Positions 35,822 to 44,535 of a stretch of DNA of 64,000 bases are shown in pieces. This DNA is from a virus. Position 1 is the first letter of the stretch. Each line of letters starts with the position of its first letter. Position numbers and translations under genes: made by a program. The stretch is taken from the IMG/VR virus record IMGVR_UViG_3300033489_000513; one strand, written 5' to 3'. The notes below the pieces were generated by a model, which was given only the letters and a program-made list of their open reading frames with translations, had not been told where the DNA came from and searched no databases.

Positions 35822-37033
35822 TTAAGTTATTAAAGGATTGTATGGATACCTAAAAAATTGACGTATGTATTCTCCTATGCCTCGCATTCCCCGCTCGTTG
35901 AAGATATGGCTTAAGAGTTGTTCGTTTATGCCAACTCCCCGTAATCTCTCGGTTCGAATGCCAAGTATGAGAGAAAAAATGCCAAGTATGAGAGAAAAAT
36001 GCTCTAAACTATATATTTCGAAGTGAGGAGTTTCTTGGAGTTGGTTTTGAAAGGCGAGATCCGCAGTTTTTTCTTCCGATTGTTTTGGGGGGAAGAAAAT
36101 ATCAATTTTCGCCTTTGCGGATTCTGGGAGAGCTTGGAGAAAGGCATCATCAAATGTTTCTGTCATAAGATGGTAGGTACTTATGAGCAAATTAACCCGC
36201 GATTGCAACCATTCCACCGGCGCGGTCTCTAACAATTCCCCAATAACTCTTTGTTGGATGCTCTTCGCAGCGGCGGGACATAACTCTAGAAGACAATCTA
36301 AAATCTGTTTTTGCATAAGAGCATTGAATCCAAACGGTAAACCTAATGCAGAATCGGAATATCGGAGAGTGAACATTGCCTCCAAACCCATATCCGCGAT
36401 GCCTGCAACATATGATCGTAATGCCATAAAATGTTCTTCTGGTTCTAAATTCACTTGTTTGTTTTCCGAGGTCTGGCTGCCTTCCAAATTCAAATCCAGG
36501 GAATTACTAGTTTGGGCGATAGTTTCGGGTAATTGTTCGGGGGTAATCTGTGTGATAGCTATATGAACACACCCAACTTCCCGTTCTTTTGCGCTCAATC
36601 CATCTCGCATATAAAGAAGACAATCTTTTTCTAAACATTTGGAAGAAGGCGAATTGTAACCTCTGGAGCAAGGCGAGAACATGTTATCTCTTATGCAACT
36701 ATGAACACAGATATTGGGACGATGAAATACAATTCTAGAGTACATACTAGTACCCCAAGAACGTCTATACACCCGAGCCCCAATCATTATATTCGCTGCG
36801 AAGAGAGAAGGATCTTTGGTCAGTGGAAACCATACTTCCCATTTATAATCACCAAATAGTGCTACTGGTATTTTAGTAGCTATTGGATCCCATCCCCATA
36901 CTCGTTGGTAATATCGTCGTTTCTGCCGCGCGTGAAAGGCGGGAAGGATTCCTTCCTCTGCCTCCTTCCATTTTATCCACAATTCTTTACTGTTATCGAG
37001 TGCAGCTGTCTCAAAAAGTTTTATCACATTCAT
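35822..37033 (-). CDS. hypothetical protein (403 aa)
   Basis: long ORF, Cys cluster mid-protein. Confidence 0.65.
   Translation of the reverse strand: MNVIKLFETAALDNSKELWIKWKEAEEGILPAFHARQKRRYYQRVWGWDPIATKIPVALFGDYKWEVWFPLTKDPSLFAANIMIGARVYRRSWGTSMYSRIVFHRPNICVHSCIRDNMFSPCSRGYNSPSSKCLEKDCLLYMRDGLSAKEREVGCVHIAITQITPEQLPETIAQTSNSLDLNLEGSQTSENKQVNLEPEEHFMALRSYVAGIADMGLEAMFTLRYSDSALGLPFGFNALMQKQILDCLLELCPAAAKSIQQRVIGELLETAPVEWLQSRVNLLISTYHLMTETFDDAFLQALPESAKAKIDIFFPPKQSEEKTADLAFQNQLQETPHFEIYSLEHFSLILGIFSLILGIRTERLRGVGINEQLLSHIFNERGMRGIGEYIRQFFRYPYNPLIT
35957..35998. repeat. 21-bp perfect tandem duplication in coding frame
   Basis: AATGCCAAGTATGAGAGAAAA x2 giving FSLILGI-FSLILGI. Confidence 0.85.
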
Positions 37034-37272
37034 TGTTGTGCCTTCTTATTTTTGTGTTCTTCATTCAGTTTTGTGATGAATTGGGAGATCGTCATTAAAC
37101 ACCTATCCGAGTGAACTGTCTCGTTGGCAATTGTTGGAAAGAAACAATAATGTCTCCACGAACCATACCATTTTATCTTCCCGAGGATATCACCACTCAC
37201 TTTAGCTACAACCGCATAAACTCGCGTTTTTGCCTTTTGTTCCATCTCAATGAAATTCAACCATTCACTCAT
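37030..37272 (-). CDS. conserved phage-type hypothetical protein
   Basis: LGKIKWYGSWRHYCFFP...CL..ISQFI pattern. Confidence 0.6.
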   Translation of the reverse strand: MSEWLNFIEMEQKAKTRVYAVVAKVSGDILGKIKWYGSWRHYCFFPTIANETVHSDRCLMTISQFITKLNEEHKNKKAQQ

Positions 37273-37463
37273 AATTTGTCCTCACTAACTTTATTCCAAG
37301 ATATCCCACCATCTTGGAATTTCGGCAGGGTCACTTTCGAGATAAACTTGTGCATAGAGAATGTCGTGGGGATTATTCGAGTTATAATCAGAAATATCTA
37401 CCTCACGATCTTCGATTATTGTTACAACGTGATTCAAAATGCGGAGGAGGCGCAAATGAACCT

Positions 37464-37823
37464 TCATATAAAACGGAAACCCCCGAATTCACCTTCGTTT
37501 TTGGATTTTACTACTTGTATTTCGGGTGGCGAACAATCGTGAAGACTCCAACGCTCCTTAGCAAAGAAGAGAATTGCCTCCGCGTGAACTTTCACTCTAT
37601 TTCCTAATATATCCAAGATTGGATATTTCGGATTTTGCACTCGAACCCAGACATAACGATTGGGTACCACCGCTGAGGCATCTACTCGCCATTCTGGGAG
37701 CAGTATTTGAATAAGGTTGGCGATCGCTGCAGTTCGTTCTTCTTCTACTGTTTTCATATAGTCATATTCTTCTCCAATTTCTTGACCACATTTCCGACAT
37801 CTTGGCAACATTCGCCATCGCAT
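37464..37823 (-). CDS. hypothetical protein
   Basis: 119 aa, CRKC. Confidence 0.5.
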   Translation of the reverse strand: MRWRMLPRCRKCGQEIGEEYDYMKTVEEERTAAIANLIQILLPEWRVDASAVVPNRYVWVRVQNPKYPILDILGNRVKVHAEAILFFAKERWSLHDCSPPEIQVVKSKNEGEFGGFRFI

Positions 37824-37919
37824 TCATTATTATTATCATCATCATCCGTTTGTTCAATCTCTCCGTAAACATCGATGTAATCGGGAGGAATCCTCTCCCG
37901 CTTTTTCCCTTTTCTCTGC

Positions 37920-38108
37920 TCACTCATTGCGGCGGCCATCCACATTCCATTTAAACGCAAAACAAGTGCCTTTCTTAAGTTTTGGATTCACCCAAATGGG
38001 ATTATCTTGCTTGCCTTCTTTTTGGATCAGAAGAAATCCTTCCAACCCACAATGGGGTTTAAACGGGTTTCGGGAAGCACAATGCGTGCATTCTTGGAAA
38101 GAGGGCAT
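37920..38108 (-). CDS. small Cys-containing protein
   Basis: start MPSFQEC after GGAGG. Confidence 0.5.
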   Translation of the reverse strand: MPSFQECTHCASRNPFKPHCGLEGFLLIQKEGKQDNPIWVNPKLKKGTCFAFKWNVDGRRNE

Positions 38109-38258
38109 TTTACTCGCTCGCCCTCCAATTGTTGATGCCAGCCTCAACGACCGCGCGGATCGCATCATAGCAGTTCTGGCAGAAGTCACCCTTGCCAGGT
38201 AGCAATCGCGGGTCGACCAGGCGATGGCACATCTTGCATGATACGCTCGGGATGAGAC

Positions 38259-38423
38259 TCAAAACTGGTCGACCTCCTTGATACTCGTGACTTCCACATC
38301 GGCAGGTTCTATTTTCGAGCTCGCGAGCCCTTCGGCGCGGGCATATGCTTCCTCTTCGTCACACGCAGTCACGAGGAAACTCATATCCCGTTCGATGTGA
38401 ACCCATATGGTGTAGACGGGCAT
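38259..38423 (-). CDS. small hypothetical protein (paralog of 39089-39250)
   Basis: MPVYTIWVHI...VTACDEEEA after GGAGG. Confidence 0.55.
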   Translation of the reverse strand: MPVYTIWVHIERDMSFLVTACDEEEAYARAEGLASSKIEPADVEVTSIKEVDQF

Positions 38424-38558
38424 CTTACTCGCTCCCCTCCCGAAACTGTTGGGAGGCAAGACAATCTCTACAATACCAATGACCATTCAATATCGATTTA
38501 TATAATTTGGGTGGTGGTCTTTTTCCGCAAGTATAACAACGGTCTTTGGCATCAGGCA

Positions 38559-39020
38559 TTACTCACTCGCCTCCATCCGTTTGACAGAGGTAATCCATAC
38601 CCGTATGTCATCGTCTTTGATTGCATCTCGAATCATATCCATCGTTTCTGTTTTAAATAAGTAGTACAATAATTGTAAGTTGCCTTTAAGTCCCCAATCA
38701 TCTGCCTCGCCACATCGTTCCATTGTTTGGCAATAAATAATGCCCGCATCGCGTGCGAGTCGATTTATTGCCCGTGCCACGATCTCAAATATCTCAGTTG
38801 GTTGCTCTCCATCTTGCGCGTCAAATTCTGCGATTACCGAGCAATGATCTCTGACAACTTTCGCCTCTTTATCATTTTGGGGAATCAATTGGAGAATCGC
38901 GTTCTCTTGGGTAATACACACGGAAGCATTGAATGGATGCCCACGAAGCTCAAATCCGCTAAAATTAAGGGTTATAATGTTATTATTTTGTGTGAAAGTA
39001 CCAAGTTTGAAATCTCTCAT
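38559..39020 (-). CDS. hypothetical protein
   Basis: 153 aa. Confidence 0.55.
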   Translation of the reverse strand: MRDFKLGTFTQNNNIITLNFSGFELRGHPFNASVCITQENAILQLIPQNDKEAKVVRDHCSVIAEFDAQDGEQPTEIFEIVARAINRLARDAGIIYCQTMERCGEADDWGLKGNLQLLYYLFKTETMDMIRDAIKDDDIRVWITSVKRMEASE

Positions 39021-39088
39021 CTACTCATTCGCCCCCGCGGTTTGGATCGCTTGCACGTCCGCGAAGGACAATTGTTCGATGGTGGGCA

Positions 39089-39250
39089 TTACGGTTCCAC
39101 CTCAATTTTCTCTATATAACAAGTATTATCCGTGATTTCAGCAATCGCTCTCTTATATGCAATATCAACCGCGATATCTTCGTCATCCGCTGTCACATGG
39201 ACGATCGTATTCCATTTTCTGATACAAACCGTGATAGCATAGTTGGGCAT
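39089..39250 (-). CDS. small hypothetical protein (53 aa, manual)
   Basis: MPNYAITVCI...VTADDEDIA, similar to 38259-38423. Confidence 0.5.
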   Translation of the reverse strand: MPNYAITVCIRKWNTIVHVTADDEDIAVDIAYKRAIAEITDNTCYIEKIEVEP

Positions 39251-39633
39251 TGATTATGCCTCCCATTTTCGCTTAAAATCGATTAGAACCTGACTCGCCT
39301 CTTCCATATCTGTATAGAGAGTGCCGTCTAAATCCTGATCAATTTCATATTCAAGGGCGGTTTTCAAGACTTCATATTGCTTTTTCGTGAGAGTGATTGT
39401 TTTTTCTATTTGTTCTGTTTTTTCCATTTTAATTCCTCTCTATAATTTTTGGGTCAAGTCTCAATTCCATCCGAACCTTATTACATTCAGATCCATTCCA
39501 GAAGAAACAACTAAATTGCACGCAAGGGAATTCTTCATCTCTGGTATTATTAACAGACCAATAGCGAAAAGGACAAATCATAATGAAATATTGGAGACGA
39601 AAAATATAAAGGTTTGTGAGAATAGAAAAATCC

Positions 39634-39840
39634 TTAATTCTTCTTCTTCAATTTAATGATCGCAATTAAACAAGCAAATCCAAGAATAAACCAGAAAGCC
39701 GTCCAATAATCAATGATGAGGGCGCTTGACAGCATAATGGTTATTATTCCATTCCACCAAAGTTGGAATAATAATGCAATGCTGAGGAAGCCTACTATCA
39801 ATAATACAAAGAGTAGGGGGGTTAAATCTTCTTTATCCAT
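39634..39840 (-). CDS. small membrane protein
   Basis: 2-3 hydrophobic segments, basic C-terminus. Confidence 0.55.
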   Translation of the reverse strand: MDKEDLTPLLFVLLIVGFLSIALLFQLWWNGIITIMLSSALIIDYWTAFWFILGFACLIAIIKLKKKN

Positions 39841-40018
39841 TGTTCATTTTCACCTTTGAACTATTCTCCTTCAAATTCAATATTTCCGCTCTTAAATTAT
39901 CTTTATGATGAAAATCGAGATGAGTGCCTATCTGACCTTCAGGTATCTCTTTATTGCATAAACAACAGAGATAGAATATCCGTTCTCCATCGAGGAAGGC
40001 TTCAAAGACTTTGATCAT
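39833..40018 (-). CDS. small C2H2-like Zn-finger protein
   Basis: CCLC...HLDFHH. Confidence 0.5.
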   Translation of the reverse strand: MIKVFEAFLDGERIFYLCCLCNKEIPEGQIGTHLDFHHKDNLRAEILNLKENSSKVKMNNG

Positions 40019-40039
40019 ATGATTTACACTCGTTCAATT

Positions 40040-40444
40040 TTAATAATAAATACCTTCATTAAATGAGATATCCGCAAGCTGGGTTTCGTTTAAATCTATA
40101 CAATAACTTGCTTTCCATTTTGCGAAATTTAAGGGTTGCAATTGTTCTTTATGGTAAAGCGGTAATGCCTGCGTGATCTCATCAAAATCATATTGATAGG
40201 AACAATCAAAAAATTCGCAGATGCCGTGCATAAAATAATCGTGAACAATGCGTCCCTCACAGAGAGGACAAAGCATTTCATCATAAAGATCTTTGGGGCG
40301 TGCTCCCTCCGATTGGTTGTAAAATCCAATCTCGATTCCAGCCGCATAGTTCTCGCTCCAACTTCCTAACTTCCTAAAGAAGGAAATTCGTGCTCGATCC
40401 CACCACGTCAGCGGGTGAACGCGGGACTTCCGTTTCTTTGCCAT
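40040..40444 (-). CDS. Zn-ribbon hypothetical protein
   Basis: CPLC..C..FDC; downstream of kt9. Confidence 0.55.
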   Translation of the reverse strand: MAKKRKSRVHPLTWWDRARISFFRKLGSWSENYAAGIEIGFYNQSEGARPKDLYDEMLCPLCEGRIVHDYFMHGICEFFDCSYQYDFDEITQALPLYHKEQLQPLNFAKWKASYCIDLNETQLADISFNEGIYY

Positions 40445-40504
40445 CGATATTTCACATCTTGCTCTGTTAGTTGTTTCGCGATTTCAATTATTCTGACTTT
40501 TGGA

Positions 40505-40556
40505 GAGCAATCACGAAAGAAGGAACTTCTTGTATTATGGCTCGATCATTTTGCTC
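40505..40556 (-). ncRNA. k-turn-closed guide-like sRNA kt9
   Basis: GAGCAA-AAU-GA-UCG [27 nt] CG-U-GA-UUGCUC; promoter 40569-40585. Confidence 0.75.
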
Positions 40557-40600
40557 ATATGATGATTGTTGTGAGAAGTTTTATACTTATCGGAAAAAAA

Positions 40601-40688
40601 TTAATTCTCTCACGAAGACCCACCCCATTGCTTCCCGTCCGTTTTAAGGGAGTCCCTTTTGCCCTACAGAAGAAGACCCAGGGTAATT
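40601..40688. repeat. non-coding ~88-nt element, copy A
   Basis: blocks CTCTCACGAA, CATTGCT, TTAARGGAGTCCC, GGGTAATT shared with 45790-45878. Confidence 0.6.
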
Positions 40689-40716
40689 TCAAGATGTAAA
40701 AAGGAAAAAAAGAAAA

Positions 40717-41280
40717 TTAGGAGTACTTACTGTGTATTATGACGCAAATTATTATTGCGGCAATAGCACACCCCAATAAGATCCAGAACCATCCAGTAGT
40801 AGACGGATCGAAGGTATTCCAATACTGGATACTGTTTCCGACGCTGGGCGAGGATGCCAAGTGATCTGCCATCTCGTCACTGAATTTCTGCATATTCGTC
40901 ACTACAAGCTGATAGGTAGTATTTGCTTGGGGTATATCTTGGAAGACTTTGCAAGTATTGATGGCCTGCTGGAGGTTTGCCTTGATCATATCAAAGTCAG
41001 TATCTATAGTAGGTACGTATATATTCATCCAAACTGCTTGCCCGTTAAAAGGTTCCAGCAAGTCCAGAGCATTTTGAAAATAACCTGCCATCTGTGTCAG
41101 ATTTGTAGATGCACGTATTTCCCACATATAAGATTGTGCTTGTACGATATGTACCGTACTGGAATAGTATCTATTTACTGGAATTATGATCATTCCCACT
41201 GCACATAATATCGCTATTAACCCGCTGGCAATCACAGCTTTCTTCAAACTACTTTCTCTAATTTCGTAAGACATATTCAT
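40717..41280 (-). CDS. membrane protein with N- and C-terminal TM helices
   Basis: likely start MNMSYE; hydrophobic segments at both ends. Confidence 0.6.
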   Translation of the reverse strand: MNMSYEIRESSLKKAVIASGLIAILCAVGMIIIPVNRYYSSTVHIVQAQSYMWEIRASTNLTQMAGYFQNALDLLEPFNGQAVWMNIYVPTIDTDFDMIKANLQQAINTCKVFQDIPQANTTYQLVVTNMQKFSDEMADHLASSPSVGNSIQYWNTFDPSTTGWFWILLGCAIAAIIICVIIHSKYS

Positions 41281-41284
41281 ACCT

Positions 41285-41644
41285 CTAATAAAAATCTGGG
41301 TCCGCTCGCCCACGCTTGGAAACCAAGGCAGGTTTCGAGGAAAACGAATGATTTTGAATGAAACATTTTTCACATAAAACTCGTTCATTAAATGAAGAGG
41401 ACATATGATTGGATGCCCACATAAAAAGGGATATTCCCTCTTTCCCACAAAAATCACAAGGACGATGTCTAATGGTGATATAATCCCGAAAGGAATCAAC
41501 ACAGATTGAATAATCCCCATCACTCCAGAGTTTAATATCAATATGTCGGTCCTCAGGAAACCATCCCACTAGATCCGCCATTCGATTCAACAAATCAATT
41601 TCTTGTTGTAATTGGGAAGTTTTTAAATTATATTGAAGAATCAT
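41285..41644 (-). CDS. Zn-finger hypothetical protein
   Basis: CDFC..CEKC; start uncertain. Confidence 0.45.
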   Translation of the reverse strand: MILQYNLKTSQLQQEIDLLNRMADLVGWFPEDRHIDIKLWSDGDYSICVDSFRDYITIRHRPCDFCGKEGISLFMWASNHMSSSFNERVLCEKCFIQNHSFSSKPALVSKRGRADPDFY

Positions 41645-41672
41645 GTGGAAACCTCATATTCTATGATCTTTT

Positions 41673-41948
41673 TCATTTTTGGGTATTATAAAAACGTTGG
41701 TAAGCTTTGTGCATTAATTGGTGGTGTTCCTTGCGACATTTCGGACATCGTTTACAATAATAACCCACAAAATACTGCTTACATTCAATACATAACCAAG
41801 TTCTCTTTCGTCCCAATCCAGTCCGATATTTATGCCCGTTTGACCTGCGGCATCCATCACAGATCGGACTTGCCTTTGCGATAAACGGAGCCTTGCAGCG
41901 CGGACAAATAGTATGGTGATCCATATTTAACTTCCCAAAAGAGAGCAA
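41673..41948 (-). CDS. Cys-rich basic hypothetical protein
   Basis: several CxxC; downstream of kt10; start uncertain. Confidence 0.45.
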   Translation of the reverse strand: MLSFGKLNMDHHTICPRCKAPFIAKASPICDGCRRSNGHKYRTGLGRKRTWLCIECKQYFVGYYCKRCPKCRKEHHQLMHKAYQRFYNTQK

Positions 41949-41999
41949 TCACTAATTATGTCAAATAAGTATAATAATATGAAACCGATCATCTTGCTC
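41943..41999 (-). ncRNA. k-turn-closed guide-like sRNA kt10
   Basis: GAGCAA-GAU-GA-UCG [32 nt] AG-U-GA-UUGCUC; promoter 42013-42029. Confidence 0.72.
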
Positions 42000-42232
42000 C
42001 AGATAAAGATTGTTGTGAGAAGTTTTATACTTATCGGATCGGATTACTTTTCTTATGGACCCCGCTCTTTCTTCAAAGTATCCACGAGGAGAGTAGTCGT
42101 CTTCAATATAGACTCAATGTGATTGACCATTGTCCGCAACTCGGCTGCGAGTCCTCCAAGTTCTCTGAGAATCTTTTCTGTATATTCAAGATTATTGATT
42201 ATAACCATTTTAAATTCATCCTATTTGTCATA

Positions 42233-42430
42233 TTAAATTGTTACTTCCCGATGTGGAGGATTTTTCGTGAAAACTCTTAAATCACATTCTGTAACCGCTT
42301 TTTGCCATTCAATGCCATTTATTGAATCTGCACATAACACCATATGAAAGCGTTGTTTAAACTGTAAAGCAAATTTACAATCCAAGCAAAGATTGAATCC
42401 ACGTTGTTTCTTATTTAACTGTTTATTCAT
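42233..42430 (-). CDS. small Cys-containing protein
   Basis: CLDC..C..C. Confidence 0.5.
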   Translation of the reverse strand: MNKQLNKKQRGFNLCLDCKFALQFKQRFHMVLCADSINGIEWQKAVTECDLRVFTKNPPHREVTI

Positions 42431-42665
42431 TCTCCAATGCCTCTGCTACGATTTGATCGAACATTTCTAATTCTTCCCGTTGTTGTTTCAACGCCTTTTT
42501 CTTGATGTTGAAGTAAATCTGCGGTACAAACGCCCCATCGCCTTGATTTCTTCGCCACAATGCCGATGCGAGACACATAATTTCTCCGTATCCGTATTTT
42601 TCCCCCAATTCTTTGACAGATAATACTTGTTGTTTGATAAATTCCTTTGGAGATGTGTACGGCAT
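42423..42665 (-). CDS. conserved phage-type hypothetical protein
   Basis: GEKYGYGEIMCLASALWR...GAFVP. Confidence 0.6.
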   Translation of the reverse strand: MPYTSPKEFIKQQVLSVKELGEKYGYGEIMCLASALWRRNQGDGAFVPQIYFNIKKKALKQQREELEMFDQIVAEALENE

Positions 42666-42762
42666 AAAAAAAAGTTTACTCCTTCAATTTTTTAGGGGTT
42701 TCATTTTTATATTTCCTTGAAATTAACAAAGGAATAACATATTAAAAATGGTTTGTGAGAAC

Positions 42763-43278
42763 TTATATATGTTTAAGTTCATTTAAATGTTCTTCAAACA
42801 AAGCATCATTCACTGCTTTGGGTTTTTCCTTATCCTCTTTGCCATCAAATATTTGTCGGGTTTCGTCTTTATTTTCCCTTGGAATTAAATGAACGTCCAA
42901 AGACCTGAGCAAGACACTTTTCCGTTCCGCCAAAGCAATATTCTTTTCGGCGATTCCGAGTTTCCGGTTCCATTCCACTTCCCACCATTTTCCTCGTTCT
43001 CGTTCCAAAATAAAATGGTTTTTCATAATTTCTCGTTCTTTCTCAGAATATGGCGTATGAGTGGGATTATTTTTCCAGAACTCTTCCCATTCAGCGCGCC
43101 TTCTTTCGTCAAAAGTATGTCCAACAAGAACGTGTTTTGCCCAATCACGATCTTCGCGATATAGTTTTAACCGTTCCTCAACATCTTCAAGGATCTTCAA
43201 TAACCATTGGCGTATATCCATTTCTAGTCTTATAATTTCCGTTACTTCGTCAAATTTTTGTTCAACCATATTAATCAC
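42763..43278 (-). CDS. coiled-coil hypothetical protein
   Basis: 171 aa, class C promoter near 43317. Confidence 0.6.
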   Translation of the reverse strand: MINMVEQKFDEVTEIIRLEMDIRQWLLKILEDVEERLKLYREDRDWAKHVLVGHTFDERRRAEWEEFWKNNPTHTPYSEKEREIMKNHFILERERGKWWEVEWNRKLGIAEKNIALAERKSVLLRSLDVHLIPRENKDETRQIFDGKEDKEKPKAVNDALFEEHLNELKHI

Positions 43279-43347
43279 AAAACTTCTTAAGTAGAGGTAA
43301 TATAAGAATGGGAAAATATAAAGGTTTGTGAGAGGAACGTAAAAAAA

Positions 43348-43683
43348 TTAAATGGGGGTTACATTATTTAATATTTCGAGCAGAGATTTCCCAATGCCTG
43401 TTTGAATTTTGGTATAGCTCATAGTGTCTCCGCAATCCTTCGCGATCTCGGAAAGTAGGGGGAAAAGACGGGATTCAATCAAATCTAATCCAATAATAGA
43501 ATAATGTTGAATCATTCCCGCAAGACCCTCTTCTGTTTGGAGATAAGCGAGTATTTTTAATCCTATTTTCCGTCTCTTTTCTTCAGATTCAGGATCTTGG
43601 GCACACATTGTTTTAAAAAAGGACCAATTTTGGAGGATATTATATAACTCGTTCATATGCATACACTTCAATTGTTTGAACAA
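43348..43683 (-). CDS. hypothetical protein
   Basis: true start probably an internal Met just downstream of kt11. Confidence 0.5.
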   Translation of the reverse strand: MFKQLKCMHMNELYNILQNWSFFKTMCAQDPESEEKRRKIGLKILAYLQTEEGLAGMIQHYSIIGLDLIESRLFPLLSEIAKDCGDTMSYTKIQTGIGKSLLEILNNVTPI

Positions 43684-43745
43684 TCACGAATCTATGGAAT
43701 TGAGTAAAATCAATGAAAATATGTTAACACGATCATCTTGTTCAA
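43676..43745 (-). ncRNA. k-turn-closed guide-like sRNA kt11
   Basis: UUGAACAA-GAU-GA-UCG [41 nt] CG-U-GA-UUGUUCAA (compensatory G-C to A-U versus GAGCAA/UUGCUC); promoter 43757-43773. Confidence 0.78.
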
Positions 43746-43774
43746 GAGGGAAGTTATTGTGAGAACATTTAAAG

Positions 43775-44047
43775 TTATGTATCTTTTTTTATTTTCTTTT
43801 TGAATATCTTGAAAAAAAGAACTAACACCCAGAAGATCATCACGGGTAAGAGAAGGAGGACCGTGACCCAATCTGCGACCAACGAAAAATATGCCAAGAA
43901 TAAGATCTGACCAATCAGAATCCCGATCGCTCCTATCATACTGAAACTATCAATACTATCCCTATTTTTCACTATCGCAACAATGGAAGGTATGGTCCCA
44001 ATAAAGAGCGATAATGTTGCGATATTAGACAAGATAGAGATATCCAT
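43775..44047 (-). CDS. PQ-loop/SemiSWEET-like 3-TM protein
   Basis: TIPSIVAIVKNRDSIDSFS followed by two more TM helices. Confidence 0.5.
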   Translation of the reverse strand: MDISILSNIATLSLFIGTIPSIVAIVKNRDSIDSFSMIGAIGILIGQILFLAYFSLVADWVTVLLLLPVMIFWVLVLFFKIFKKKIKKDT

Positions 44048-44107
44048 GAAGGAATATTAGCGGGAGAAAATATAAAGATTGTGAGAAAAAGATAAAAAAC
44101 CGTCAAA

Positions 44108-44308
44108 CTATCCCTTATCAGGATATAATTTCTCGTCTTCCTTCAACCATATGAGGAAGGGCTCTTTCTCTGCGGGGATATGAGCGTGAGCCGCCCGTGT
44201 GAGTAATTGGATAATTTCGGGAGAGGAGTTCTTGAAAACTTCCAATGCGCCCGTGTCACTCAAACCATCCTCTATGGCGCTTTTAACCAACATATATAAT
44301 GTCATCAT
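44108..44308 (-). CDS. hypothetical protein
   Basis: 66 aa downstream of kt12. Confidence 0.5.
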   Translation of the reverse strand: MMTLYMLVKSAIEDGLSDTGALEVFKNSSPEIIQLLTRAAHAHIPAEKEPFLIWLKEDEKLYPDKG

Positions 44309-44348
44309 TTAGATCAAGGGTATCTTTTGGAGATGCCGATACTTTGTA

Positions 44349-44422
44349 TGAGCAATCACGAAAAAGGTGTCTTTCATAATTCATAAACTTGAATAAACAT
44401 ATGAACCCGATCATCTTGCTCA
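44349..44422 (-). ncRNA. k-turn-closed guide-like sRNA kt12
   Basis: UGAGCAA-GAU-GA-UCG [47 nt] CG-U-GA-UUGCUCA; promoter 44436-44450. Confidence 0.75.
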
Positions 44423-44468
44423 ATAGGAAGAAGGATGTGAGAATATAAATAATTTGTGGAAAAAGGAT

Positions 44469-44535
44469 GAGCAATCACGAAAGAAATTCAAGCAATATCA
44501 TAACATTATCAAAAGTGAACCCGATCATTTTGCTC
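44469..44535 (-). ncRNA. k-turn-closed guide-like sRNA kt13
   Basis: GAGCAA-AAU-GA-UCG [42 nt] CG-U-GA-UUGCUC then UUUUU; promoter 44549-44565; no ORF before the next promoter. Confidence 0.78.

Noticed and set aside
8486-44535. Calling the k-turn family a CRISPR array or TIGR-Tas locus
   Set aside because: Copies are dispersed with individual promoters, flanking stems differ in sequence, there is one spacer per unit, and no Cas or Nop-domain protein is recognisable in the window.
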